In this document: in pieces, positions 51,890-63,819 of the stretch
Layout of the letters: every line of letters begins with the position of its first letter
Numbering within the stretch: the first letter of the stretch is position 1
Origin: Lama glama
Lineage: Eukaryota
DNA: 64,000 nt
Direction: 5' to 3'
NCBI GenBank assembly: GCA_028534125.1
Contig: CM052817.1
Location: forward strand, 2,854,001 to 2,918,000
Notes under the pieces: generated by a model
Seen by the model: the letters and a program-made list of their open reading frames with translations, nothing else
What the model was told of the DNA's origin: nothing
Databases searched by the model: none
Made by a program: the position numbers and the translations under genes

Positions 51890-52400
51890 CATTCAACAAC
51901 CACATTAGGCCCCTACCCTGTGCCAAGCAGTGTTCTGGGTGCTTGGGAGGCATCCGTGAACAAAACAGACATCCTTGACCCCCTGGAGACCGTGTTCTCA
52001 TGCAGGGAGACAGATGATAAACACTAGGTAGAATAAATAAGCAAATTTTCTTCTCTGCTGACAGTGATGTGCTAGGAAATGGAAGAAAAGGAGCAAGATG
52101 AAGAGGGGGTTGGGAGTGCCGGGCAGTCACGATTTTAAAATGGATAATCAGGGCAGGCTTCACAGAGGAGGTGAAGACTTGAAGGAGGTGAGGGAAGAGC
52201 ATCACAGCCAGAGAGAGCAGCCAGTGCAGTGACACTGAAGCAGGGAAGTGTGCCTGGCAGGTTCTGGGACAGTAGGAGGTCTGTGTGTCTACAGCAGAAT
52301 GGGGGGGGCGGTGGGAAGGGGGTCCCTGTGAGAATCTGGACTCTGACACCAAGGGAGAAAGGACACAGGAGAGTCCTGTCTGTTGTAGTCTCATGGACCC
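51890..52400 (-). mobile_element. L2 LINE 3' remnant
   Basis: CATTCAACAA...CCTACCCTGTGCCAAGCAGTGTTCTGGGTGCTTGGG...GTGAACAAAACAGACA...TCAGGGCAGGCTTCACAGAGGAGGTGA. Confidence 0.7.
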
Positions 52401-52588
52401 CTGGGTGCTGTGCTGCTGCGGGGAGGCCCAGGCAGGGTGGGGAGAGGGGCTCAGAGCCGTGGCCAGGACGATGGCCTGGACAAGACTGTGAGGGTCTGCT
52501 CCTGGACTGTCTTTTTTTTTGGAATGAAGGGTCATTTTATTTTATTCCACACATATTTTCAAATTTTTTTACAATGAGCTTGCATTAA

Positions 52589-52768
52589 CTTTTTTGTGTA
52601 TATATATTTTACTGAAGTACAGTTTGCAACATTGTATCAATTTCTGGTGCAAGCACCATGCTTCAGTCATACGTGAACGACCATGTGTTCGTTTTCATAC
52701 TCTTTCTCACCGTAAGTTACTACAAGATATTGAATATAGTGCCCTGTGCTGTACAGTATGAACTTGTT
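52589..52768 (-). mobile_element. L1 extreme 3' end with A-rich tail (camelid-type)
   Basis: The minus strand reads AACAAGTTCATACTGTACAGCACAGGGCACTATATTCAATATCTTGTAGTAAC...ATGACTGAAGCATGGTGCTTGCACCAGAAATTGATACAATGTTGCAAACTGTACTTCAGTAAAAA. Confidence 0.85.
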
Positions 52769-54029
52769 CCTGGGTTGTCTTGAAGTCCCGCCAGCTCTAC
52801 CTTCACACCACAAAGGGAAATGCGAGTAAGATATAAATATGTCAGACACCCCGCACATAGTAGGTCCTCAAGAAAAAAATGAAAGCTGTCACCATTATTA
52901 TAAACAACTTGAAATTTGCCCAGGAAAACAAATCTGGCCCTCTTGACCTTTTACGTGTGGCCGCGTTCTGTGCCTTTAGAACATTGGTTTCCAACTGACA
53001 CCTTTCGTAGCCCTGACTCTGAAAATGATGAAAAGATGAGGCCACAATCAAGTGTGACCTGGAGAAAGCAGGCATTTTCTGATCCATGTGGCAGCGAGGC
53101 TGAGCATGTTCACAATCATGGAAAGAGGGACGGAAAGAGGGGGAGGGAAGTACGTGCGCACGCACGTGTGTGTGGTAGGGGAGAGGTCATGTGTGTGTGT
53201 GTGTGCGGCGGGGGAGAGGCCGCCAGGACTGCCTGTAGCTTGGTAACAGTGGGTGGAGTTGTCCCCAAGGACACATCCATCTGGGGACCATGAATAGCCA
53301 TGCCTAGAGCTGGTCTGGGCAACTGGGGGTTACAAGGGAGTGGGGCAAAACACCTGTGCTCCCGGGGCACTCGTGAGAAACTGACCAAGGGCTTCCAGGA
53401 CCAAAGGAAAGCTCCAGACAGGGGTGTCCCGTCCCCCGGCCAGGACACAGGCTCTGCCCAGCCCGACCACGCAGGGCGCGCCATGAACCGGGCTCACGTG
53501 GCAGAATTGTGGGAAGTCGCGGCAGGAAGGAATCTCTGATGACGTAGGGCTGTTATTTATAGGTGGAGAGTCCCAGGCAAAGATTAGGCTAGGACCTGGG
53601 CTGGCAGTGACCACGCTGCCTAGTCTCTTCTTCCTCGACACCAGGACGGAAACATGCAGGGAGGGCGTGGAGACCATCCCTCCGCTGCCCACCCCAAGGG
53701 AGGTGCTGTCCATGTTTGGCTAGAGAGCCTCCCGGTCTTTTCCTTCGTAAGAGGCTTTTTACTTTGAAGTTATGCTGTATGCATGCATTTTGTGTCCTGA
53801 CTGAGTCACTTGAAGGGACTGTATAAGCCCTTTCCCCATCAGAGGGTCTTCAACATCAATTTCAGTATCTACCCAGATCCTTTCAGATGCCTGGCCCACA
53901 GTAAACGTAGCCACTCCCCCGCTGATAAACGTTTGCATCGATTCCAGCTCGGCTCTGGGCTAATCAGTATTAATCAGTATCCTGTACCTCATCTCACTGA
54001 TTTCTTGTGACACGATCAGCGTGGCTAAC

Positions 54030-54145
54030 CCTATATTACAAATGAGGACTCTGAGGTTCAGAGAGGTTAAGTAACTTGCCCCAGGTCACACAGCTGGGAA
54101 GCAGCAAGAGTGAGGATTCACACCCAGGGTGCTTGTCTCTAAGGC
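54030..54145 (-). mobile_element. MIR SINE fragment
   Basis: TTACAAATGAGGACTCTGAGGTTCAGAGAGGTTAAGTAACTTGCCCCAGGTCACACAGCTGG. Other MIR cores are visible near 1400, 7400, 19480, 22530, 25740, 34700, 40240 and 61150. Confidence 0.8.
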
Positions 54146-56963
54146 CCAGCGTTTATTTCCTATGTTATTGTGCAAGTAAACTTCTGTGGGTGGTCACGGC
54201 CACTTCCTTGGGGGAGAGCCTCAGAGAGAGATGGCTGGGTCCAAGGGTCGGAGCCGTTTTCACATTCCTTTGATTGGGGCCAAATGGTATTCCAGAAAGT
54301 GGGACTGACTGTCTTCCCACCACTGCCCACCCCCTCCCAACCGTTTCTCAGAAATGATCATAACGATGGCCGAAGGGGGGCCACTTGGGGTCACCACAGC
54401 TGCTTCTGTGCCTTCATGGGTCTCTTTGATAGGCAAATGGAATGTAATAACAGTATATTGTCTTGATTAGGACTTTGAGAATTACTAAAGAATTTGGACT
54501 CTTTTTGGCAGGCGGAGGTCTGGTTTACCGTCTGGCCCTGGTCGCGGCACACCCGGGGCGGCTCCAGTCTGGTCAGTAGCAGAGATGACTCAGAGCACAT
54601 GGCACCGGCCGGGGCCCGGCCTGTGGGGCAGGAAGGCTGGTTTTATTCTGCCTCCTGGTGCCTCTGTGATGGAGGCTCACGTTCTCATGGGGCACTAGGT
54701 CCATCTTCACGTTTTTCTCCTTCAAGGAACAGTCAATGTTGTCAAATCTCTAAGAAGATTAGAGAGTTAGACAAAGGCCAGGGCCAAGCGAGAGCCGGAG
54801 GCAGCCCCTCACTCGGGGCCGAGTGCTCCAGGCGGCGCTCGCAGAAGCCCCAGAGAGCCTGCTCTTCCCGAGCCGGGCGCACCTGCTGGGCCTAGGCTGT
54901 GGTGCGAGATCAAACAAAGGGTCTTCACTGTCAGGCTGGGTGGGAGAAGGACTTAGAACTGGGCCCTGGCCTCCGGCCTCTCAGGCTGGCTGACGTCTGT
55001 ACAGCAGCGGCCTGGCGGCGGCCCGCACAACTGGAGGCTTACGTCACGCTAGCTCAGGGGACACGTCTCTGCGCTGCCGTTCTCACACCCTGTGTCCAGA
55101 GGAGGACGCGGGGCCCAGACAGGGAAGGGACTTGCTGAGGGGCGCACAGCACAGGGCATGAGGTCGAGTCTGCGTCCAATGCAGGCAGCCCCCGTCTGGG
55201 CCCTCGGCTGCTCAGCTTTCAGCCTTGTCCGAAGAGCTAACAGCTCCTTGGAGACACGGAATGAAGGAGTTCCACCCACTCTGGTGTTTGTAACCGGGGA
55301 GTGGCACTGCAGCCCTGTGGCCCAGGCGAGGGGACAGGGACGCCGAGGAGCAGCCTGTCCTCTCCCGCGGTGTGAGGATGGGAGCGAGCAGAGTGGGTCT
55401 CCCCGGCAGGGCCACCCGGAGTCCCCAGATCGCTGGTGGGAGGGCGGGTCCTGCGCGCTAACAGGTGTATGAGCTGAAAGGAGTCTGGAAACTGAATCTC
55501 CAGAGAGTCTCGGGGTCCCGGGGCACTGGGTCCACTGCGGTCCTCTCCTGAGGACCCTGAGACCCTGTGGATATTCAGTTTCCAGACTCCAGACTTCCAC
55601 AGCTGCTCCTCCCAAACTGACCAGCCTAAGAAGGCACCAGTGGTGGAGGGAGGCTGCCCGGCTGCTCTCGCCCCCAGACTCACAGGGCACCAAACCAGGC
55701 ACACTTCAAAAGCTGGGGCTCCCCTGATCAGACACCAGGAACTCCCCGTGCCCACCCCATCCATGTCCTCGAGACCTGCACTGCAGAAGAGTCTCCCTGT
55801 GTCCGTGTGATGATCATTTACCAACATGCGCAACCTGTGATAGCCTCGTACCAGTCACTGTAGTAACAACCCCGCCCAGAATAAGTTATTCAACATTTGG
55901 AGCCTCGTGACCATAAGAAATCCTGAATAAATCAATTTCCACGTTGACTGTGGGATTTTTGTTTCAGAGACCGCGATGAGCACCTTCGATCTCTGAAACA
56001 CATTGTATTTGCACACAGTTCTGTGGGGAGGGAGATGGAAATGGCTTCTCCGGGAGAAAAGGGGACACGGCGAGATGCTGACTTTACTCAGAGCCTGGCT
56101 GTGGGTTTTATAAACAGCGCCTAGTGGTCTTGCTTCTGCGTCTAGGACCTACTGCAGGTGCTCAAAAGGACGAGATGACAGTCAAACGTAAAGATGCCAA
56201 TACAGAAACTCTATCTTCTGCGATCAGTTAAGGTTCTGATGAAACTTTGTGTCGATTCAAAGACATATGTGGGCTCCATGGTTTTTCAAAACTCTGGCTC
56301 GGGGGCTGTGACCCACGAGGATCTGGGACTGGCCGGCATCAGGGAGGGAAGGGACCGGCCAGGGTGCCTGGGCCTGGCTCCCCTGTGCCCTGGGGCCTGT
56401 CCTGAGGGAAGGTGCCCCATTCTCTACCTAGCAATGCCCTCAGCCCCGCCCTGGGGCAGGAGGTGTGTGTTGGGGGTCAGTGTGGTGCCCGACCTCTCTC
56501 CCTCTTGCAGGGGGTCTGGCCTCGTCCACGTGGTGGGAGACCAGTGGGGTGTTGGGAAGCCTCGCTGTGGTCTGGGGGCCGACCGCCGCCCCATGGGGTC
56601 TTCCCACCCAGAGCAGAGCCTGGCATTCAGGTGTTAACTGCCTCTGTTATAGTCCGTGCTGGGAGCAGCCCACCTGGAGGGGCCGAGGGGGCCTCATCCC
56701 TGGCGGGGTAAGAAGCCGAGGGCGCTGGGCTGGCCCCTCAGCACAGCCCAGCTCTCATCCCTGGTCTTGCCCCTTTCTAGAAGCTTCCATAAGGAAGTCC
56801 ACTCCACTCCAGGCTGAGAGGCCAGAGCTGGAGTCTGTGCCTGGAGCCCAGTCCCCCAGGGGTTCAGTGAATCAACGGAGGCCTGTACGTGGGGGGTCCA
56901 CCTGGGGCCCGTGGGGGGAGCTGGTCACCCCTGCTAACGTGGCCCCACGCGCGCTCTCCCCAG

Positions 56964-57147
56964 CATGCGGCTGCGACCTGGCCGAGGGCGGCTTCTTCGT
57001 GCGGCAGGGCGAGTACATCTGCACGCGGGACTACCAGACGCTGTACGGGACCCGCTGCTTCAGCTGCGACCAGTTCATCGAGGGCGAGGTGGTGTCTGCG
57101 CTGGGCAGGACCTACCACCCCGACTGCTTCGTGTGTGCTACCTGCCG
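56964..57147 (+). CDS. ABLIM2: ABLIM2 coding exon 3 (184 nt; end of LIM1 and start of LIM2)
   Basis: Acceptor CTCTCCCCAG|, donor CCG|GTGAGC. Encodes (A)CGCDLAEGGFFVRQGEYICTRDYQTLYGTRCFSCDQFIEGEVVSALGRTYHPDCFVCATC(R), in frame with exon 2. Confidence 0.96.
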
Positions 57148-57171
57148 GTGAGCGAGGGTGGGCAGCCGCTC

Positions 57172-57336
57172 TGTCCTCCCCACTCTCCTTCCCCTCCTCC
57201 TTCCTCCTCCCCACCCTCCTCCTTCCCCCCTCCCCTCCCCTTCCCTTCTTCCCTCCTCCTCCCTTCCCCCCTCCTGCCCTCCTCCTTCCCCTCCTACCTC
57301 CCTCCCTTTCTACCTTCCTTCCTTCCCTCCTTCCTT
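57172..57336. repeat. Polypyrimidine low-complexity tract, (CCT)n/(CCTT)n-like
   Basis: About 165 nt of almost pure C/T starting about 25 nt after the exon 3 donor. Confidence 0.9.
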
Positions 57337-58204
57337 CATGCATTCACTCATCCAAGCTTTCCTAAGTGCCTGCAAGGCCAGGCCCTGAGCTGGCACTGGT
57401 GACTGGGAACTGCATTAGTCCAGACCCCACAGGGGGCAGCATCTGGACAGACTACAGTGAGGCATGAGCTGCCTCCCCCACCCCAAGAGCCACCCCCACC
57501 CCCTCTCCTTGCAGCCCCGCTGCATCCTGGGCTCCACAACCCTTCTCTGGCAGCGTGTCCTGGAGCCACTTGATGCGAATGCCATGCAGGCAGGGCCTGG
57601 GTCTGATTCCTCTCTGGTGCCTGGTACCTGGCAGGTGTATAGTGAATGATGGCTGGAGACGGACTGAAGTCCTAGCGCTCGGCAGCAGGGCTACACCCGG
57701 CTCGCCTCTCTGCCCTGCACCTCTGGGTGCTCAGAGGGAGGTCAGCAGGCAGCCTTCCTGCGGAGGCATCCTCCCTCCTCCCCCCACAGCCCCACCAGAC
57801 ACATCACTCCCAGCAAAAACATTCCATTGCTAGAAAACAAAGAATGACAAACCCCAGAGTTTGTCTTCTGCCTGTTCTCTCCGAGCCACCACACCCAGCT
57901 GAAAGGGGACGCTTTGAGTGTTGTTCCCCAAGCTGTTTCCTGTAGTTACGGCATATGCCCGAGACAGAAGTGGAAGCCTTTGTCAGGGGGCTGCTGAGAG
58001 AGGCAGGGACAATGACAAGGAGTGTTCCTAACGTGGCATGCTTGGGTCCCAGTTCCCCCAAGGGTGATCTGAATGTTTGGTTTCTGTGCCCATAGCTTAG
58101 AGATGAGGGTTGACATGATCACAGTGGGTTTGGAAGATGGTGATCTGCCATTTTGAAATAAGAGCAGACAGCGCTGTCACGCTGGAGTAACGGGGCCTGG
58201 GCTT

Positions 58205-60890
58205 ATCTATCCGCTATAAACAACTAGAAAACTGGACAAAATATACAAAATTACTGTTCTGGGATGTTGGGGTGCAGGAGGCTCAGGACTCACAGAAGGG
58301 AGACAAATTTGGTGACCCTTGTGACTGCCTGGCTTTCTGCCTGGAAGCTGTTTCTTGACATAGGACAAGGAGGGGATCCAAGCAGAGCGTGGAATCCTCC
58401 CTGAGTTAGGAGACAGGAATCCGAGAGACAAAGGCAGCCTACCAGCAGGAAGAGAGCTCCGCAGAACAAGAAATCCAGAAGGCTGTGCAGAGGTGCCTTT
58501 GTATCTTGGACTAAGTATGAAACCACGTAGACAGAAAGGAAATCTCACAGGGTGGGGCAAAGAGTGAACAGGTTTCTGTAAACTAGACGTTCCCAGGCTG
58601 GGGAGACATTTTTGACCTGGCCGGGAGGAGACTCCTTGTTGAACACCCAGCCACGCAGCGAGGACACTGAAAGCGTCGTACCTTATTAGTGGAACTGAAG
58701 TAGCCCTAGAGTGAAGGCTGCTATAAACCTGCTCAAAGTACAAGAACAAATCTCAAAAAGGTCACGCTGATCTGCAAATGAGTTGTCTGCCAAAGCAGAC
58801 TCCAACACTCTTTGCAGGTAGCCCCCAACAGCATGAACTTGACCATGTCCAGCACCCACCAGATGCGATTGGTCACAAGGTGAAGCTGGAAAATGTGACC
58901 CAGGGCCAGAAGAAAAATCAGTCAGTAGCAACAGACCTAGAAATAAGATCAGTGGTGAAACCAACAGATGATGACTTGAAAACAGCTGGTGTAAATATGT
59001 TTAAGTACTGAAAGGAAAATGTGAACATATGTAGGAACATCATGGAAGATCTAAAAAGAAACCAAATGGAAATCCTATAAATGACAATTGAAATTTCTGA
59101 AATGAAAAACTCCCTGAAAGGAGTGAGTGGTAGATAAGGTATTGCAGAGGAACAGTTGGGTGAACTTGAAGACATAACAATAGAAACTATTCAAATTAAA
59201 GCAAAGACAGGTAAAAAGTCTGAAAAATATGATAAGAGACTCACTGATCTGTGGATATAGATCTTTCTATCTATCCATCTGTCTAGGTTGGGATGGGGAG
59301 GCCAAGGGGATGGAAGAAGACTGAAAATATATGAAGAAGTCATGGCTAGAAAATGTCCAATTTTGATGAAAACTATAAACTCATGGAATCAAGGATCTCA
59401 ATGAACCCCAGGCAGAATAAACACAATAGAAAGCTACCAAGTCCATCACAATCCAAATTCTGAGAAACAGTAATAAGAAGAAAATCTTAAAAGCAGCAAG
59501 AGGGGAAAAAACCCAGTAGGTACAGTGGATCAGAAGAATGACTGCAGCCTTCTCCTCTGAAACTACGCATACCAGAAGACTACAGAACAGCATCTGCAAA
59601 GAGCTGAAGGGAAAAATTGATCAAACAATTCTGTGCCGCAGCCCCCCACAACAAAAGCACCTTTCAGCAATGAAGACAAGACTAAAGGATGTAGCATTTC
59701 TTTTTAGGGTGATGAAGAATATCCCCAAATTGATTGTGTATTCGTAACTCTGAATGCACCAGCATACACAACCATTGAATTGTACACATTGAATGGTACG
59801 TGAATGTTATAGAGCATGTGACTAAAATAATGTCAACAGAGCTGTCACACACACACAGAAGGAGGGCAAAATACTTTGGTGGACCACGAACGCTAAGAGA
59901 ATTTTTTGCCTGCAGACCTTCACTACAGTAAAGTCAAAGAATGTTTTGCAAATTGAAGAAAAATAATGTCAAAAGATATCAAGAAATTGCAAAAGCAAGC
60001 CATCAACTAGGGGATAATGTATATCTGATGAAGGACTAGTATCTATACCATATCAAGAACTTCTACAACTCAATCACAAGAAGACAAAAAAAACACCTCT
60101 TAAAAATGGGCAAGACTTTAACAGCTGCTCTGCAAAAATATATACGAATGACTAGTAAACACATGGAACAATGACTAAATTAGAACTACTACTCATCAGG
60201 AGGCTGCAAACTGAAACACAGTGAATACCATCAAACATCCTTTGGAATGACAAACACTGAGAAGAAGGATGATGTCAGGTGCTGATGAGATTGTGAAGCA
60301 GATGTGCAGTGGGATTCTCACACAACGCTGGTGGGAAGGCAGAGTGGTACAGCCTCTACAGAAAGCAGTTTGGCAGTTTCTTGTAAAGCTAGACACACAG
60401 TTAACATATGGCCCAGCAATTCCGCTCCTAGGAGTTTACCCAGAAGACACAAAAGCACATGACCACATGGACTTGTCAACAACCATTCTTAGCAGCTTCC
60501 TTTGTCACAGCCCCAAACTGGAAAGAACTCAAATGTCCTTCAATGTGAATGGAATACACGCTGTGGCCCACCCGTGCTAAGGAACCAACCTGCCTTGGCA
60601 ATCAGAAAGAATGTGTGCAGCCACATGAGTGAATCTCAAAACCATGACACAAACAAGACATCAGAGACCACGTTCCATGTGGTTCCTTTCCTATGCAGTT
60701 CCAGAACACCAAGTCTGATCCCTGGGATGGAATGCTGACCATGGCTGCCTAGGGCCAGTTTTGGGGGCGGGGCATGATTGTAAGCAGTCCCAGCAGACTT
60801 CTTGCTGTGGACAGAATGTCCTGTATCGTGACTGTGGTGTGGGTTACATGAGTGTGTACATTTGTCAAAATAAACTTCAATTAAGTTTAA
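58205..60890 (+). mobile_element. Decayed old L1 cluster (5'UTR/ORF1 remnants, a nested 3' tail at ~59700-59850, then an ORF2-end/3'UTR remnant)
   Basis: A-rich + strand. ORF1-like AAAAAGAAACCAAATGGAAATCCTA...CAGAGGAACAGTTGGGTGAACTTGAAGACA...AAAATCTTAAAAGCAGCAAGAGG. ORF2-end AGTTTGGCAGTTTCTTGTAAAGCTA...CCCAGCAATTCCGCTCCTAGG. Tail GGTTACATGAGTGTGTACATTTGTCAAAA. Many stop codons. Confidence 0.8.
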
Positions 60891-60970
60891 ACTACTAGAA
60901 TAATAGCCACCATTCATTCAGCCCCTTCTGGTCCCAGGCAGTATGTTAGAGCTTTCCATGCCATAGGTCT

Positions 60971-61049
60971 GATGGATAGATGGATGGATGGATGGATGGA
61001 TGGATGGGTGGATGGATGGATGGGGGGATGGATGGGTGGATGGGGGGAT
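60971..61049. repeat. (GATG)n/(TGGA)n tetranucleotide microsatellite running into a gap
   Basis: GATGGATAGATGGATGGATGGATGGATGGATGG... Confidence 0.95.
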
Positions 61050-61149
61050 NNNNNNNNNNNNNNNNNNNNNNNNNNNNNNNNNNNNNNNNNNNNNNNNNNN
61101 NNNNNNNNNNNNNNNNNNNNNNNNNNNNNNNNNNNNNNNNNNNNNNNNN
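61050..61149. other. Assembly gap (100 N)
   Basis: Run of 100 N. Confidence 0.98.
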
Positions 61150-61916
61150 AACTCAGAGAGGTTAAGTAACTTGCTCTGGGTTACACAGCTAAAGATCCAC
61201 ACAGAGCACATCCAGGAATGGTGAGGGACTCCCATTGGGAGTCTGTGTCCGAAGCCTCCCCCATCACCAAGACAGCTGCAAGACACTCAGAGGAAGGAAG
61301 GCAGACTACAGCAGTATCCAAGCAAGCACGATGCAGCACAAGGCTCCAAGGCCACCAGTGGGTCGAGGGCTGCAGGCTCGTCTCACATCTGGACGGCAGC
61401 CAGCTCAGCCTGTGTTTGTCCTCGGTCTCCAAGAGCCAGGACAGCTGGATGGGGCCAGGATCACATCTGCTAAATGGACCTAGGGTTCTGAACACCAGCC
61501 CCACAAAGTAGGGGTTACAGCAGGGCATTTGTTGGGGGAAGGCATGGCAGGCTTGTGGGTAGGAGAGCCCCTCTGGTTGCAGAGTTGGGACTGGACTGGG
61601 GCTGGAGTGACCCAGGCGGGCCCCATGAGGATGCCAGGCAGGGGAGGGCGGCTGAGCTAGGTCTCCTGGAGGCCCTGGGCTGCCCCGCCACCCCTCACCA
61701 TGGCACCGTGATTCCGCCTGCTGGTGCAGGTGGGGAGACTGTGGCTAAGACGTCAGTGACCAGCCTGAGGTCGCACCTCAGCGCCTGGATGGAGAGGCCC
61801 AGCATCCTGGGCCTGTGGTCCCAGGGGAGGTGGTGGCGCCGTGTCTTGGATGGGGCTCCCCCGCGGGAAGAATGCAGGAAGGTGGTCCTGGCTGGTAATG
61901 TGCTGTCTCGTTTCAG

Positions 61917-62032
61917 GTTGCCCTTCCCGCCTGGGGACCGAGTGACCTTCAATGGGAAGGAATGCGTGTGTCAGAAGTGCTCCCTGCCCAAGTCAGCGGG
62001 CAGCAGCGTGCACCTGTCCCAGGGCCTCTGGA
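61917..62032 (+). CDS. ABLIM2: ABLIM2 coding exon 4 (116 nt; end of LIM2 and linker); the gene continues beyond the window
   Basis: Acceptor TCTCGTTTCAG|, donor GGA|GTAAGT. Encodes (R)LPFPPGDRVTFNGKECVCQKCSLPKSAGSSVHLSQGLW. The phase-2 junction fits exon 3. Confidence 0.95.
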
Positions 62033-63683
62033 GTAAGTGGGCTCAGAGTGGCATGGTGGGGTGGCCTCTGCCGTGTCGGGAGGGGGCCTGACAACACGGC
62101 GACTCAAAGCAGAAGCGGTTGAATGAAGAGCTATGGATAAACATCACGCAGGGAACCGGGGCCAGACATCTCTGGGTGCCCCTGCCTCTAAGCCTTTGCT
62201 CAGCTGTGCCCTCCTCCTCATGTGCTACTTCTGCTTTTACATCCAACTCCCACTCCTGATTGCAGTTCGGCTCTAGCCCACTTCCTCCTGGAAGTCTTCT
62301 GGCCTCCTTCTGGTCCTCTCCCTCCAGCACCCATACTCAGCTCCCCACAGTTAATTCCAGACCATCCAGGAGTCCTTTGGCAGAGCCCCTGGGAGAGCAT
62401 TGATCTCTGCGCTCCTGTGACCTGGAACTCTCCAGTTAGCTGCTCCGCCCCCCGGGAGCTGGGTCAGAGGGTGTATGCAGTGGGTGCTCAGTACATGCTT
62501 CTTGGATGAAAAGGGAGATTGTTAGTGGAAACGATCGGGCACCCGGGGAGTGCCCGCAGCTTGTGGATGTGGGCAGAGTGAGAGCGAGGCCGGGGCAGAA
62601 AGGCACCTGCCTTCCCTCGAGAGGTGGCTCTTCCAGGACCAGAGATGGGGCTCAGGGGCCAGGAAGGGAGCCCAGTGCTCCAGGACCTGCTTCCACCAGG
62701 CTCCCACTGCAGAACAGGGTTTTCAGAGCCCACCCTGCATGCAAGGTTGCTGTGGTGTCCCCAGTGTCTCCTCCTGGGACAGAGGAGGGATTTCTACTGA
62801 TTTCCAGAGCCAGCCTCTTGCTCATACTCAAGCCCCTCTCCTATGTTAAAACCTCCTTCCCACCTGCCCACCATGTCTGCTACACTGAAAATCTGTGCAG
62901 AGGAGATCGCACCTCCCACCTCCTAGGAGTCGAATGTTGGCCTCAGGGGCTGATAATACTTTTATCTGGAAATGAGGCAAGCTCACAACAGTTCCAGTTG
63001 GTGAAGTTGCGGCTTTGGAGCCTGCTAGGAGCGTCCTCCATTCAAACATTTCTCTCCAGCTGAGGTCTGGATTGATTGAATTTTTGAGAATTTGTTTCAC
63101 AAACAGTAGCACTATTGTAATTAAATTGGAAGTAGTCATCAAAAACTATAACAAAATTTGCAAAGGTCAGGATAAGTTTGAACAGTTTGTCCAGAACCTC
63201 CTGGCAGCCAAAGTAAAAAGGGAAATATGCCCAACCACAGACTTTTTGAAAATTTCAAGACTTTTTTAAAATGTCATGGGCAGAAAGGCTGCCCTTCCCA
63301 AATGGAAATTTATTTTAAAATATCAAATTTGTGTTTTCGAAGAACAAATATTCCACTGACCCCCAGATGGTCTAATAATATAATCTACCCCTTCTCCCCA
63401 TCCACAGTGAGAATCCCCCACTTACAACCTTTTTTTGTGTCTAGAAATCATTAACATTCATCACTAGCTCTTGGCTTCTGTGTGAATGTCTACGGATTCT
63501 TCCCAACTCCTGCCTCCTTTTGTCCCCAGGGCAGCCCTGCCAGGCAGGAGTGCCCCCTCTTTGTACAGGAGTGTGAGTGCCCTGAGCCTGATGGGGAGGC
63601 GGTGGGTGTGCTGAGTGTGCAGTGTCCAGCTTGGGAGTGGTGGGGCTGAGGTTTGAGCCAAGGCCTTTAAACTCCAAAGCAGG

Positions 63684-63819
63684 AAGGGGGAGGGTGTAGC
63701 TGAGTGGTAGAGTGTGTGCTTAGCATGCACAACATCCTGGGATCAATCCCCGGTACTTCCCTTTAAAAAAATAATGAATAAAATAAATAAACCTAATTAC
63801 CTTCTCGCCACCAAAAAAA
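63684..63819 (+). mobile_element. Camelid tRNA-derived SINE (Vic-1-type) with a perfect 16-bp TSD
   Basis: GGGGAGGGTGTAGCTGAGTGGTAGAG...TTAGCATGCAC... with A box TAGCTGAGTGG and a degenerate B box GGATCAATCCC. Tail AAATAAATAAACCTAATTACC...AAAAAAA. TSD TAAACTCCAAAGCAGG at 63668-63683 and 63820-63835. Confidence 0.9.

Noticed and set aside
58205..60890. Potentially active L1 or domesticated ORF1
   Set aside because: It is heavily interrupted by stops and indels, and most of ORF2 is missing.
63686..63760. tRNA-Ala-like gene
   Set aside because: The B box is mutated, and the A-rich tail and TSD show it is a SINE.
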